Shown here in pieces: positions 9,372-19,086 of a stretch of 28,848 bases of DNA. A program made the translations under genes and the position numbers. Each line of letters starts with the position of its first letter. The first letter of the stretch is position 1. Source of the stretch: Promethearchaeota archaeon (GTDB lineage Archaea; Asgardarchaeota; Lokiarchaeia; Sigyniarchaeales; SOKP01). The stretch spans positions 1 to 28,848 of the forward strand of contig JAEOTP010000091.1 in NCBI GenBank assembly GCA_016839765.1, written 5' to 3'. The notes beneath the pieces were generated by a model that saw nothing but the letters and a program-made list of their open reading frames with translations, was not told the origin of the DNA and made no database searches.

Positions 9372-9736
9372 CTTTAAATCTTATTTTATTTTTGTAAATT
9401 GTTAAATTAAAGTTGAAATTTACTTATATTTAATTGTATCTTTAAATTAGAATAAGTCTTCGATATGTACAGAGGGAAAGAACGAAGGAAAAAATTGAAT
9501 TTTACTATAAGTATTTCAATCATTCAAAATAAAAAAAAGAGGTTTTAAATTAAACTTTTAGTTTAAATATCGTTTAAAATAACTTTTAGGTACATTTTAG
9601 TATAATTTTTTATGATTCAATAATTTTATTAGTTTAAAAATTAATTCATTTTTCTCATATATTAATTCTACACTTATTAAAATATTTACACAACCTTACA
9701 TAAAACACAGTAATTTAATAAAACAGATTATGGAAC

Positions 9737-10186
9737 CTAATTGATTTCTGGGATAATTGCATTATTAGGGCAGTTTTTAAAGCATTTTAAACACTTGAGA
9801 CAATTTGAAAGATCTTCTCTCCGAAATTCTATACATTCCTTCTTAGTGTTTTTGTCTTTTTTAAGTTCAAATAGGTTTTGAAAACAAAAACCTTCATCGA
9901 TACAGAGTTTACATAAGCCACATTTTTCTTGATCAATGCGAAAACCCATTAATGTTCCTTCCTTGATGGAGATGACCTCGATGGCTCCATGTTCACAAAC
10001 ATCCACACATTTTAAGCAACCTTGACATTTATCGTAATCAACAAATCTTAATGAATTCCCAAAGAAAATTGCTTTTGGATGGCAGCTATACATACATCGT
10101 TCACATCTTACACATAGCTGTGGATTAACGCTAATGGGAAATAGTTTTTCGTTATCTGTGATTATTACTCCACCAAACTTGCTCAA
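9737..10186 (-). CDS. Polyferredoxin (up to four 4Fe-4S clusters)
   Basis: Four CxxCxxC motifs: CVRCERCMYSC, CQGCLKCVDVC, CGLCKLCIDEGFC, CLKCLKCFKNCP. Confidence 0.9.
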   Translation of the reverse strand: MSKFGGVIITDNEKLFPISVNPQLCVRCERCMYSCHPKAIFFGNSLRFVDYDKCQGCLKCVDVCEHGAIEVISIKEGTLMGFRIDQEKCGLCKLCIDEGFCFQNLFELKKDKNTKKECIEFRREDLSNCLKCLKCFKNCPNNAIIPEIN

Positions 10187-10258
10187 ACAAGCTATTAATG
10201 TGTAATTTTATTCATTATTGAATTTTTAAGAATATGCATTAGAGCTCTAATTAAATAA

Positions 10259-10420
10259 TTATAGTGAAATTTCCACCTTTATATGCTTTTTTTCTCTAGG
10301 GATTCCTTTTAAAGCGTCCAAAAAACCTATGATGATATTAGTGAGAACTTTGCTCATAATTGGATTTAACGGAATATATTTATTATTAATTAGTAATTTT
10401 ATCTCTTCCACTTTTATCAT
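10259..10420 (-). CDS. 53-aa protein resembling the C-terminal domain of archaeal MobB-like proteins (absent from the ORF track)
   Basis: Manual translation gives MIKVEEIKLLINNKYIPLNPIMSKVLTNIIIGFLDALKGIPREKKHIKVEISL*. The pattern L.VN.K.IPLNP.V...(N)II.G....LKG......I.I.I is recalled from MobB C-termini. Same strand as, and upstream of, the ferredoxin and AOR genes. Confidence 0.75.
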   Translation of the reverse strand: MIKVEEIKLLINNKYIPLNPIMSKVLTNIIIGFLDALKGIPREKKHIKVEISL

Positions 10421-10567
10421 CTATTTATTTTTATTGCTATTTTTTATTTTTATCATAAACTATGATTTTTTTAAAATTTTATTATTATAATATTAATCTC
10501 AAGTTAAGTTTTCTTAACAAAGAAATCAAGAGGGAATTATTTAAATTTATTGGGAAACAAATCTCAT

Positions 10568-12523
10568 TTATTTTTGTTTTGTGATTATAGGAATTATAAG
10601 ATGACTTGGATATATCTGATTATGAAAGATTTTCTGTTCTGCGATAATATAATCTCTAGGATTTTTTTCTCCACCTAAATTAGAATTAATATCAAACCTG
10701 GGAAAATTACTTGAAGTTATTTGTATTCTTATTCGATGTCTTTTTCTAAAATAATTTGAAGTGTTTCCTAAATCAATCTCAAATTTATAAACTTTGTCAG
10801 GTTCAATTAATGATGAGTTTTCTTCACCATTTCTATACCTTGCTCTAATTCCGGCATCTAAAATGTTAATTGCTTTTCCTCGAGGATATACATCAACTAA
10901 TTTTACCATAAAGTCAGTATCCTTTGCGGAAGAGGAAGCAAATAATATCATTTTTACTGGTCCAGTTATTTCAACTCCATATTCTAAAGGTTCGGTAGAA
11001 TAGACTAGTACATCTTTTCTCTTTTCAGCATCCTTTTGATTTCGTGCGCCCTTTAATATCCCAAGATTTCTTCCCCCTTTTGTTATTACTGGATCCATTG
11101 GGTCAAATATATAGTTGTCTTCCAGTTCTTCAACCGGTTTATCAAAGTCTAGTCTTCCATCTCCTTTTCTACTATTTGCATTTCCACTAGAATGAATATA
11201 TATTTTTTTATATTTCACATCATTAAGAGGCCAATTATCTGTGTAGCTCCATTTATTTCTACCCATGACCCAATACTTAATCGATGGGGTTTCAATATCA
11301 GAAAGAGCATGCTTATCATCCATCAACCAATATCTATTCCATGCTAAACTTAAAAATTCCTTAAAAAATCTTGCTATTCCAGCATTACTTATAAAACTTT
11401 CTGGATGCCCAATTGCTGCATGTGCCCATGATCCAATTAACATTTTTGAATATTTCTTGGCAATTCCAATAGCATTAGCTTTAATATCTAAAAATTCTTC
11501 TAATTGTTTTTCAAAAAACATATCCTGCCAACCGGTTAGCATGAACGTAGGCTGAGAGAATTTTTTAATATCCATATCTAAGAATCCAGGCATTCTATGT
11601 GTGTCTTTATCCAAACCCTGCGTTATTAAGAAATTGTTTAAAAATTTAAAATATACCTTTAAATTACGCTTCGAAGGATTAAAATTATTTATTTTGTAAT
11701 AGGCAATTAGAAGATCTTGAACTTCTTCAATAGATTTACCTTTTAACTGAGATAACTTAATTCGAGTTTTCTTTTTAAGAGGATCATTGAATAACGCATA
11801 CTTAGGATTTAAATACCTTTCTTGCATTAAATATGTTAATTTATCTACATTAGGAGCATCCCGATGTGAAGTAACATTAACCATTATTCTATAAATAGAA
11901 GTTGTTAATGCGTGAATTTGGAGCCCTCCATTATTTTTCCATAGATTCAATGAGGAAGTAATAGCTGGAGCAATACAAGTCAAGTAATTATTATCCCATG
12001 ATAAAGCCAATTGAGTTATACCAAAATAACTGGCTCCTCCCATACCAATCTTACCATTATACCAATATTGCTTTGAGATCCACTCAAGCGTTTCTAATCC
12101 ATCATCTCTTTCAGTGAATAAGTAATAATTAAATCCACTCGAGTGACCTGTCCCTCTTATATCTTGTATGATCGCTACAAATCCATAAGCAGCATAAGCA
12201 TATCCTAAAAAGCATAAACTATTTTTCCAATAGGGTAACCGCACTAAAATTGTAGGACATTTACTCTTTTTCTTAAAAACCTCTTTTGGAACATAAATAT
12301 CGGTAGCTAATCTTGTTCCATCTCTTAATTTTAACATATATTCAGGATATCTTTTAACCCCATATTTGGGAAATCCAGATCTTAAAATTATTGCTAAAAT
12401 CTTAACTAAAGGTAAAGAGCCATGATCCCTAAAAATTGAATAGAATTTTTTGATGAATTTAGGAAAATTTGGCCTAACTACAACTTTTAAATAAGAAAAG
12501 TTAGTTACGTAATTATTTTTCAT
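10568..12523 (-). CDS. CocE/NonD family hydrolase (peptidase S15-like alpha/beta hydrolase)
   Basis: LRDGTRLATDIY, RLPY, QDIRGTGHSSG, nucleophile GASYFG, GWQD, GSWAH, and a C-terminal SSNFPRFDIN domain. Confidence 0.93.
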   Translation of the reverse strand: MKNNYVTNFSYLKVVVRPNFPKFIKKFYSIFRDHGSLPLVKILAIILRSGFPKYGVKRYPEYMLKLRDGTRLATDIYVPKEVFKKKSKCPTILVRLPYWKNSLCFLGYAYAAYGFVAIIQDIRGTGHSSGFNYYLFTERDDGLETLEWISKQYWYNGKIGMGGASYFGITQLALSWDNNYLTCIAPAITSSLNLWKNNGGLQIHALTTSIYRIMVNVTSHRDAPNVDKLTYLMQERYLNPKYALFNDPLKKKTRIKLSQLKGKSIEEVQDLLIAYYKINNFNPSKRNLKVYFKFLNNFLITQGLDKDTHRMPGFLDMDIKKFSQPTFMLTGWQDMFFEKQLEEFLDIKANAIGIAKKYSKMLIGSWAHAAIGHPESFISNAGIARFFKEFLSLAWNRYWLMDDKHALSDIETPSIKYWVMGRNKWSYTDNWPLNDVKYKKIYIHSSGNANSRKGDGRLDFDKPVEELEDNYIFDPMDPVITKGGRNLGILKGARNQKDAEKRKDVLVYSTEPLEYGVEITGPVKMILFASSSAKDTDFMVKLVDVYPRGKAINILDAGIRARYRNGEENSSLIEPDKVYKFEIDLGNTSNYFRKRHRIRIQITSSNFPRFDINSNLGGEKNPRDYIIAEQKIFHNQIYPSHLIIPIITKQK

Positions 12524-12568
12524 TAAATTGATAAAAATATAATAACTTAAAAAGTTTAAAAATAAGTA

Positions 12569-12663
12569 TGGCAGGTCCGGGGGGAGTTGAACCCCCGACC
12601 GTCAGCTCTCCCCAAAAATTTAATTAGGAGGCTGCCGCGATATCCATGCTTCGCCACGGACCT
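12569..12663 (-). tRNA. tRNA-Arg: tRNA-Arg(CCU) with a 17-nt intron at 37/38 and encoded CCA
   Basis: Manual fold: acceptor AGGUCCG/CGGACCU-G-CCA, D-stem GCGA/UCGC with A20, anticodon CCU (12628-12626), intron at 12624-12608 forming a BHB-like motif, T-arm GGGGG-UUCAACU-CCCCC. Confidence 0.93.
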
Positions 12664-12887
12664 AACTTGTTCACATTAATATTATTATAATAAAGTTTAA
12701 TAAAATAAAAATTTAGATATGATGGTAATAATCTATTATCTCTTTAGATCATCATTATTTGTATAATAGAATATTTGTGATCTTTTTAAGTATTAAATAA
12801 GACTTAAAACCAAAGGTTTTAATTGACTTTTATTATTTTTAATATTATTAATAGATTTTTTAAATATTTTTTTTTGAGTTTTGAAAT

Positions 12888-13151
12888 ATGGAAAGAAGAC
12901 CAAATAGACCTATTGACTATTTGAAAAATTCGGTGAATAGAGTTATTTTAATTAAAGTGAAGCGAAACCGTCTTTTTCGTGGTTTGCTTCAAGGGTTCGA
13001 TGAACACCTTAATCTTTACTTAGAAGGCACAAGTCAAATTTTTGAATATCAAGATGAAGACGGTAACATACGAGAGGAACATGAAGACTTAGGGAGCATA
13101 GTTGTACGTGGTGATAACGTGATCTTCGTCAATTTAGCGAATGAAGAATAA
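12888..13151 (+). CDS. Sm-like archaeal protein (SmAP/LSm)
   Basis: RPIDYL N-terminal helix, Sm1 motif GLLQGFDEHLNLYL, Sm2 motif IVVRGDNVIFV. Confidence 0.95.
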   Translation: MERRPNRPIDYLKNSVNRVILIKVKRNRLFRGLLQGFDEHLNLYLEGTSQIFEYQDEDGNIREEHEDLGSIVVRGDNVIFVNLANEE

Positions 13152-13303
13152 AAAACCATTGATATTTGAAAAAATATTTCTAATCTAAAGTAAACTTATC
13201 TTAATTCTTCAATTAAAGGAGTTCAAAATAAAAGTTTTTTAAGTTTCAATACTTTTAATATGAAGAGGCTTTAATTCAAGATAAATTTAAAAAAATTTGA
13301 TGA

Positions 13304-15415
13304 ATGACAATGGAACAAGCTCTATTAATTAACCCAAACTTGGGACATCCATTAATTCTAAATATTGATCGAAGATTAAAAAACAAGGAATTTCGTACAG
13401 AGATATTATTTGTGAGTAATATCTCTGATCCTAGAAATTTTGAGAAATTTATAAGGCATAAAATAGAACTCGTTCCAATTCTTGAATATAAGTGGAAATT
13501 AAAGAAATTACTTGAACAAGAAAAGAAGAAACGAATAGTAAAGATTGAAAAGGAAGAGAAAAAAGGTTTCTGGAAGAGATTAAAAGAGAAGATCTTTAGG
13601 AAGAAAAAAACAAAGGAAGCTGCTAGAACAGATATTAGGTATAAAATAACTGATTCGAAAGGAGAAGAATTTGACATTGTTAGCAAAAAAAAAATTGATA
13701 AACTAAAGCATCGTGTATTTCGAGGAGATGTAATTCAAGCTACTGTAATGAATGTAAAAAAAGTCTCTCCAATAGCAATAGATAACCTAAACTATGAAAA
13801 TTATTGTAGTCCCCAACCCTATTTAATAAAATACAAAATCTTTAACAATTTAACAGAGTTTTATAAGGTAAGTATTGATTTCTCTCTAAGTGAGGAAACA
13901 TTAGACTTTTTAAAAATTCGCACTTTTCTAATGTTTGATATTGTCCATGAAAAATCTCTTGAAGGGAAGCGAATTAATCATCATTCATTAGTAATTTCTA
14001 AAAATAATTGGAGAAATCTTAAATTTGTCCATGCTACAGACTTACATTTAGCAGAACGTAATGATAGAATTTATGGAATTGTGAAAGATTGGCTCTCAGT
14101 TTTTCAGCAGGAGAAAATGGTTCAATTTGCTCAACAAGGATTGAGAACTCTTTCTTTTTTTGGACGTTTGTTTAAAAAAAAAGAATCATCTAAACCTATA
14201 ACATTAAAACCACTAAGTAAACGATTTATTAATCCTAATAATAATTTTAGGAAATTCATAAAGGAAATGAATAAAAGAGTTTTAAATAATCAATTAGATT
14301 TCATAGTTTTAACAGGGGATTTAGTGGATTTTGTTATATTCTCTAAATTGCGAAGAGATATAAGAAAAGCTTTAAATTTTGATTATGAATATAGTAATTG
14401 GAAGATATTCAAAGAAATAATTTTAAATCTACCTCAAAAAAAAAGGAGAGGGATGCTTAAAGGACAGGAACTAATCTGTCCGATTTTTACTATACCTGGA
14501 AATCACGATTTTCGACCATATCACTATGATCTGCGATGGGGAGGGTTGTATAGAAAAATTGGTTTAAATGCTGATGAAGCTATAGCTTTAAATGAAAAAT
14601 TTTTAGTTAATCCCATAAGTTCAATTACCAAAAGCTTTATGGCATTAAAGGGATATTTATCAGAATTTAATCCTTCATTAAATTATTCAATTAAATTTGG
14701 AGCACATCAGTTTATATTTTTAAATTCAGGTTCCGATTCTTTTAAGAATGTACGAGATTTTTTAATGGGACGTCCGTCTGTAACAGGGCTTTCAAATAGA
14801 CAAATAAAATATTTAGAAAATTTGATAAATTTTAAAAAGAGCGATAGTGATAATACATATTTATTTCTACATGGTCCACCAATTAATCCTCGAAAGACTG
14901 CGAGTATTTTTAAAAAGTTTGGTCAGAAAGATATTTTTAAAGAATTTTTAGATAAAGTAGATGAATTTAAAGAATCAGTAATCAAAAAATTGGGTAAAAA
15001 ATTATCGGTTGCTAGAATTGACGGTAAATTTGATGTTAAATTCGGTACAATCTCCTCTAACTGGGAAAGGTTAATTGAATTTTGCAAAGATCATTGTATT
15101 CTTACTCTTACTGGTCACACCCATGAATTAAAAGAATTCAGATTGGGAGACCCAAAAGGAGAAAAGTCAAAAGTATTTACAGCTCCTCCCTTTAGCTTGA
15201 AAAAATTAGAAAATCCTGCCGCTGTATATTATGATCTTTATTCAGAATTATATACAAATGCTAAAGAAATTACTCAAAATGCACCATTTGTCGTACAAAC
15301 TCCTGCATTAGGATTAGGAGGCTACCGTAACCCTAAATTAGCAGGTTGTTATCGTGAAATAGAAATAAGAAAAAACAGATTAACATCCTTCAAAGTAAAG
15401 TTTTTAAGGCGCTAA
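13304..15415 (+). CDS. Large calcineurin-like metallophosphoesterase with N-terminal extension
   Basis: All five motifs present: TDLHL, TGDLVD, PGNHD, FLHGP, TGHTH. Lys-rich. No signal peptide. Confidence 0.88.
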   Translation: MTMEQALLINPNLGHPLILNIDRRLKNKEFRTEILFVSNISDPRNFEKFIRHKIELVPILEYKWKLKKLLEQEKKKRIVKIEKEEKKGFWKRLKEKIFRKKKTKEAARTDIRYKITDSKGEEFDIVSKKKIDKLKHRVFRGDVIQATVMNVKKVSPIAIDNLNYENYCSPQPYLIKYKIFNNLTEFYKVSIDFSLSEETLDFLKIRTFLMFDIVHEKSLEGKRINHHSLVISKNNWRNLKFVHATDLHLAERNDRIYGIVKDWLSVFQQEKMVQFAQQGLRTLSFFGRLFKKKESSKPITLKPLSKRFINPNNNFRKFIKEMNKRVLNNQLDFIVLTGDLVDFVIFSKLRRDIRKALNFDYEYSNWKIFKEIILNLPQKKRRGMLKGQELICPIFTIPGNHDFRPYHYDLRWGGLYRKIGLNADEAIALNEKFLVNPISSITKSFMALKGYLSEFNPSLNYSIKFGAHQFIFLNSGSDSFKNVRDFLMGRPSVTGLSNRQIKYLENLINFKKSDSDNTYLFLHGPPINPRKTASIFKKFGQKDIFKEFLDKVDEFKESVIKKLGKKLSVARIDGKFDVKFGTISSNWERLIEFCKDHCILTLTGHTHELKEFRLGDPKGEKSKVFTAPPFSLKKLENPAAVYYDLYSELYTNAKEITQNAPFVVQTPALGLGGYRNPKLAGCYREIEIRKNRLTSFKVKFLRR

Positions 15416-15510
15416 ATTCAACCTAAAAGACTTTGACATTAATTAACTTTATATGTTTGGTATTTGACAAAATAAAAAGAAAATGTAATGTGAATGTTAG
15501 AAATTCAATC

Positions 15511-16998
15511 TTAATGAAATGAAGGTCTTCCCTTCTTATGTATTGCCATCCCAAATACATCTTCAGCTGCTTCTAAAACCATCTCTGAAATAGTAGGATG
15601 ACTATGTATAGTTTCCCCTACATCATGCACAGTTAAACCATGCTGCATAGCTAGAGCGATTTCAGAAATCAACTCAGGAGCTTCTGCTCCGATACATGAA
15701 GCCCCAATTATCTTATGACTCTTCTTATCGGCCAAAATCATAAGAAATCCAGTTTCATTTCCCGCACACTTCGCTTTACCTAATGACATAAATGGAAACC
15801 TTCCCATTGCAACCTCGATTTCTAGAGCTTTTGCTTGGTTTCTTCTTAATCCTACAGATCCAATATTAGGATTTGTAAAAATTGTCGCTGGTATTACATT
15901 ATAATCTGTTGTCCTTTCCTTGACCGGAAAGTTACCAATACTAGCTAGTGCATTAGCAACTGCAATATCTCCCATATAACTTGCAACATGAGCTAACATT
16001 GGAGCTCCTGAAGCTGCAACATCACCAATTGCATAAATGCCTTTCACATTAGTTTCGGTTGTTTTAGCATCAATCTTAATCGCTCCTCTTTCTGTTACAA
16101 TTCCAAGTTCTTCAAGCCCAAGGTTTTTAGATTCTCTTGCTCGACCTATTGACACTAAACAATAATCGGCTTCATAGTAAAATTTTTCAGCACTTTCCAC
16201 TTGATCTCTTGGAACATCTGCGGAACATGTAGTTGCTTTTACTCCCGACACAGTATTTTCTACCGATAACACATTTTGAGATACATGTAATTCTATCCCT
16301 AAACTAGTTATTTTCTTTTGTAGTTCTTTTATAATTAATGTTTCCTCTGTAGCTATCGGTGTTGGGAGATACTCTAACATAAGAACTTTAGAGCCAAAGG
16401 TTGCGAAAATATTTGCAAACTCGCATCCAATAACTCCAGCACCGATAATGAGCAAACGTTCAGGAACAGTTTTAAAATTAGGATCAAGTATGTCATCACT
16501 AGTTAAAATTCTATCATGATCGATATTAAAGGCTGGAATCATAGCAGGGGAAGAACCGGTAGCAATTATTACTCTTTTTGTTTTAATATTATTCATCTCA
16601 ACCCCTTCTATTGAAATTTCAAAACCATCATTTACATTTCCCCCAATTATTTTTCCATGACCAAAATAAACATCGTTTTTCCAAGCTTTTTCCAAAGCAC
16701 CTATACCTTGTACAAGTTCTTCTACAACTTTATTTTTTCTCTCAACAGCTTTTGCAAAATCTAATTTAAGTTCGCAAGAAACTCCAAATTCTTCTCCATT
16801 TTTCGTTATTTTATGTATCAAATCTGCTGATGCGTATAGAGCTTTTGTTGGAATGCAACCCCAATTCAAACAAGTTCCTCCTAGTTTTGCTCTCTCAATT
16901 AAAGCTACCTTCGCTCCGAATTGAGCAGCTCTAATTGCTGAATGATATCCTCCAGGACCAGCACCAATAACTACCAGATCATATTGTTGTTCAGACAT
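15511..16998 (-). CDS. lpdA: Dihydrolipoamide dehydrogenase
   Basis: GAGPGGY FAD site, GGTCLNWGCIPTK disulfide, GAGVIGCEFA NAD site, MLAHVA, HPTISE. Confidence 0.93.
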   Translation of the reverse strand: MSEQQYDLVVIGAGPGGYHSAIRAAQFGAKVALIERAKLGGTCLNWGCIPTKALYASADLIHKITKNGEEFGVSCELKLDFAKAVERKNKVVEELVQGIGALEKAWKNDVYFGHGKIIGGNVNDGFEISIEGVEMNNIKTKRVIIATGSSPAMIPAFNIDHDRILTSDDILDPNFKTVPERLLIIGAGVIGCEFANIFATFGSKVLMLEYLPTPIATEETLIIKELQKKITSLGIELHVSQNVLSVENTVSGVKATTCSADVPRDQVESAEKFYYEADYCLVSIGRARESKNLGLEELGIVTERGAIKIDAKTTETNVKGIYAIGDVAASGAPMLAHVASYMGDIAVANALASIGNFPVKERTTDYNVIPATIFTNPNIGSVGLRRNQAKALEIEVAMGRFPFMSLGKAKCAGNETGFLMILADKKSHKIIGASCIGAEAPELISEIALAMQHGLTVHDVGETIHSHPTISEMVLEAAEDVFGMAIHKKGRPSFH

Positions 16999-17224
16999 AA
17001 TAACTTTAATGTTTTTTTATAAAAGAAGTTGAATAAGTAAATAAATCAAAAAATATTAAATTTATTAAATAAAGATTTATTGCTAAACGATCAAATAGAA
17101 TAAAACCAGTTAAGCTTTTTATTGAAATCGTTAAAGAATGAATAAGGAATGATAGAACTCAATTATTATTTAAATAAATTTATGATTAAAATTTTACACT
17201 AATAACTTCTACAAGAGTAAGATT

Positions 17225-18634
17225 ATGTTTGTTAAGAATACTTCTCAACTACTTTCTGTAAATAGTTATAAATCACAGAAATTCTTAAGAGAAATCGGAT
17301 TAAATTGCCTTGAAAAAGCTTTAAGTGTAGTTAAACCAGAAAACTTAATAAGAAAATCAATTAAAATCCAGGATGGTAAATTAATCATTAAGGATGATGT
17401 TTTTGATTTAAAGGAATATAATAAAATATACATTATCGGTGGAGGTAAAGCTTCGGCAGAAATGGCCTATACTTTAGAAGAAATTATGCTTAATTCACCC
17501 ATTAATTATGAAGGAATAATAAACGTTCCCGAAGGCTTAGAAATAAAACAATCTGAGACTACAAAAAAAATAGAGCTAAATTTTGCCACACATCCTCTTC
17601 CCAATGAAAACGGTGTGAATGGAATCAAAAAAATGTTAGAAATTATTAAGAGATCTTCTAAAAAAGACTTAATTATTTGTTTAATTTCTGGTGGAGGATC
17701 AGCACTTTTACCTTTACCAAAAAATGGTATTACTTTAAGAGATTTGCAACAAACCAATGCATTATTATTAAGATCAAGTGTATCTATACATGAAATAAAT
17801 GCTGTAAGAAAACATTTATCTGATTTTAAAGGAGGCAACCTCGCTAAGATAATATTCAACTACAGTAGAGCTACTTTAATTTCACTAATAATATCAGATG
17901 TTGTTGGTGATGATTTAGATTCTATAGCTTCTGGTCCAACCGTACCTGATAAGAGCACGTTTAAAGATACTGTAGAAATATTAAAAAAATATAATCTTTA
18001 TCAAAAAGTTCCAGATTCAGTAAGGAAAATATTGGATAAAGGACTCTTTAATAAAAATCTAGAAAATCCAAAACCTAATGATATTTGCTTTACTAATGTT
18101 CATAATTATTTAATTGGAAGTGTGAAATTAGCTATTACTGAAGTAATCGCATATCTTAAAAATGAATTTCTTACTAATTACTTCTCTGATAAGATCACTG
18201 GGGATGCAAATGATTTTGGAAGGAAACTTTACCACATCATATCTCAAGAAATAAAAAAATATAAAAATATAAAAAAGGGGATCTTATTAATTGGTTCTGG
18301 TGAACTTACGGTATCCATTAAAGGAGACGGTATTGGAGGGAGAAATCAGCAAGCACTGTTAGCTTTTCTTGATTTTATAAGAAATAAAGAGATTAATTAT
18401 AAGTTTCTGATCATTGGAGCTAATCTTGACGGTATAGAGGGAAATAGTCATGCAATGGGTGCATTAATAGATAATTTTACGTTAGAAGAAATGATTAATA
18501 AAAAACTAAACTCAAAGAAGTATTTAGTTAATAATGATTCAAATTCACTCTTTAAAATTCTCAAATCTGAGATAATTACTGGCCTAACCGGAGCAAACGT
18601 TAATGATTTAATCATGGTTTTACTTTTAATTTAA
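17225..18634 (+). CDS. Glycerate 2-kinase (MOFRL family)
   Basis: IGGGKAS, HPLP, LISGGGSAL, INAVRKHLSDFKGG, ISDVVGDDLDSIASGPT, GELTV, GGRNQ, TGLTGANVNDL. Confidence 0.93.
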   Translation: MFVKNTSQLLSVNSYKSQKFLREIGLNCLEKALSVVKPENLIRKSIKIQDGKLIIKDDVFDLKEYNKIYIIGGGKASAEMAYTLEEIMLNSPINYEGIINVPEGLEIKQSETTKKIELNFATHPLPNENGVNGIKKMLEIIKRSSKKDLIICLISGGGSALLPLPKNGITLRDLQQTNALLLRSSVSIHEINAVRKHLSDFKGGNLAKIIFNYSRATLISLIISDVVGDDLDSIASGPTVPDKSTFKDTVEILKKYNLYQKVPDSVRKILDKGLFNKNLENPKPNDICFTNVHNYLIGSVKLAITEVIAYLKNEFLTNYFSDKITGDANDFGRKLYHIISQEIKKYKNIKKGILLIGSGELTVSIKGDGIGGRNQQALLAFLDFIRNKEINYKFLIIGANLDGIEGNSHAMGALIDNFTLEEMINKKLNSKKYLVNNDSNSLFKILKSEIITGLTGANVNDLIMVLLLI

Positions 18635-18671
18635 ATTCTAATTTAAAAATTAGATTAAAATTGATGAGATA

Positions 18672-18875
18672 ATGAAAGATAACAAAAAGGATTTGGATAT
18701 TAACGGAATTGGAAATAGTTTAATAAGAACTTGTCCTGTATGTGGCTTTAGTTTTAGAACTTTTGATCCAAAAACGAGGAGAAAAATCTCTCTATGTCCG
18801 ATGTGTGGGCATAAGTTTATAGAACCAGATATTTTACCACATGAAAATGACAAATCGAACAAGATATTTTTTTAG
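18672..18875 (+). CDS. Small zinc-ribbon protein
   Basis: Two knuckles, CPVCG and CPMCG, in 67 aa. Starts 37 nt after the kinase gene. Confidence 0.75.
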   Translation: MKDNKKDLDINGIGNSLIRTCPVCGFSFRTFDPKTRRKISLCPMCGHKFIEPDILPHENDKSNKIFF

Positions 18876-19086
18876 AATATGTTAAGAAATGTTAAGAAAA
18901 TAATAATAACAAGAATAATTAAAAGGATTTTTCAAAGTTGTAATATCACTTTTCGATTTACTTTTTGTTGAAATGAAAAAATATATTTAACTATCGTGTT
19001 TATATTTATTTTACTAATCAATATTTATCAATCCGTAAATAAATTAAGATCAATTAACAAAAAAGTATAAATAAATGTGATTAAGA

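Noticed and set aside
10329-10380. ATGATGA as box C of a C/D sRNA
   Set aside because: No CTGA box D at a suitable distance, and the region is better explained by the 53-aa ORF on the opposite strand.
18879-18898. Tandem ATGTTAAGAA x2
   Set aside because: Only two adjacent 10-bp units with no spacers. Not CRISPR, and likely slippage.
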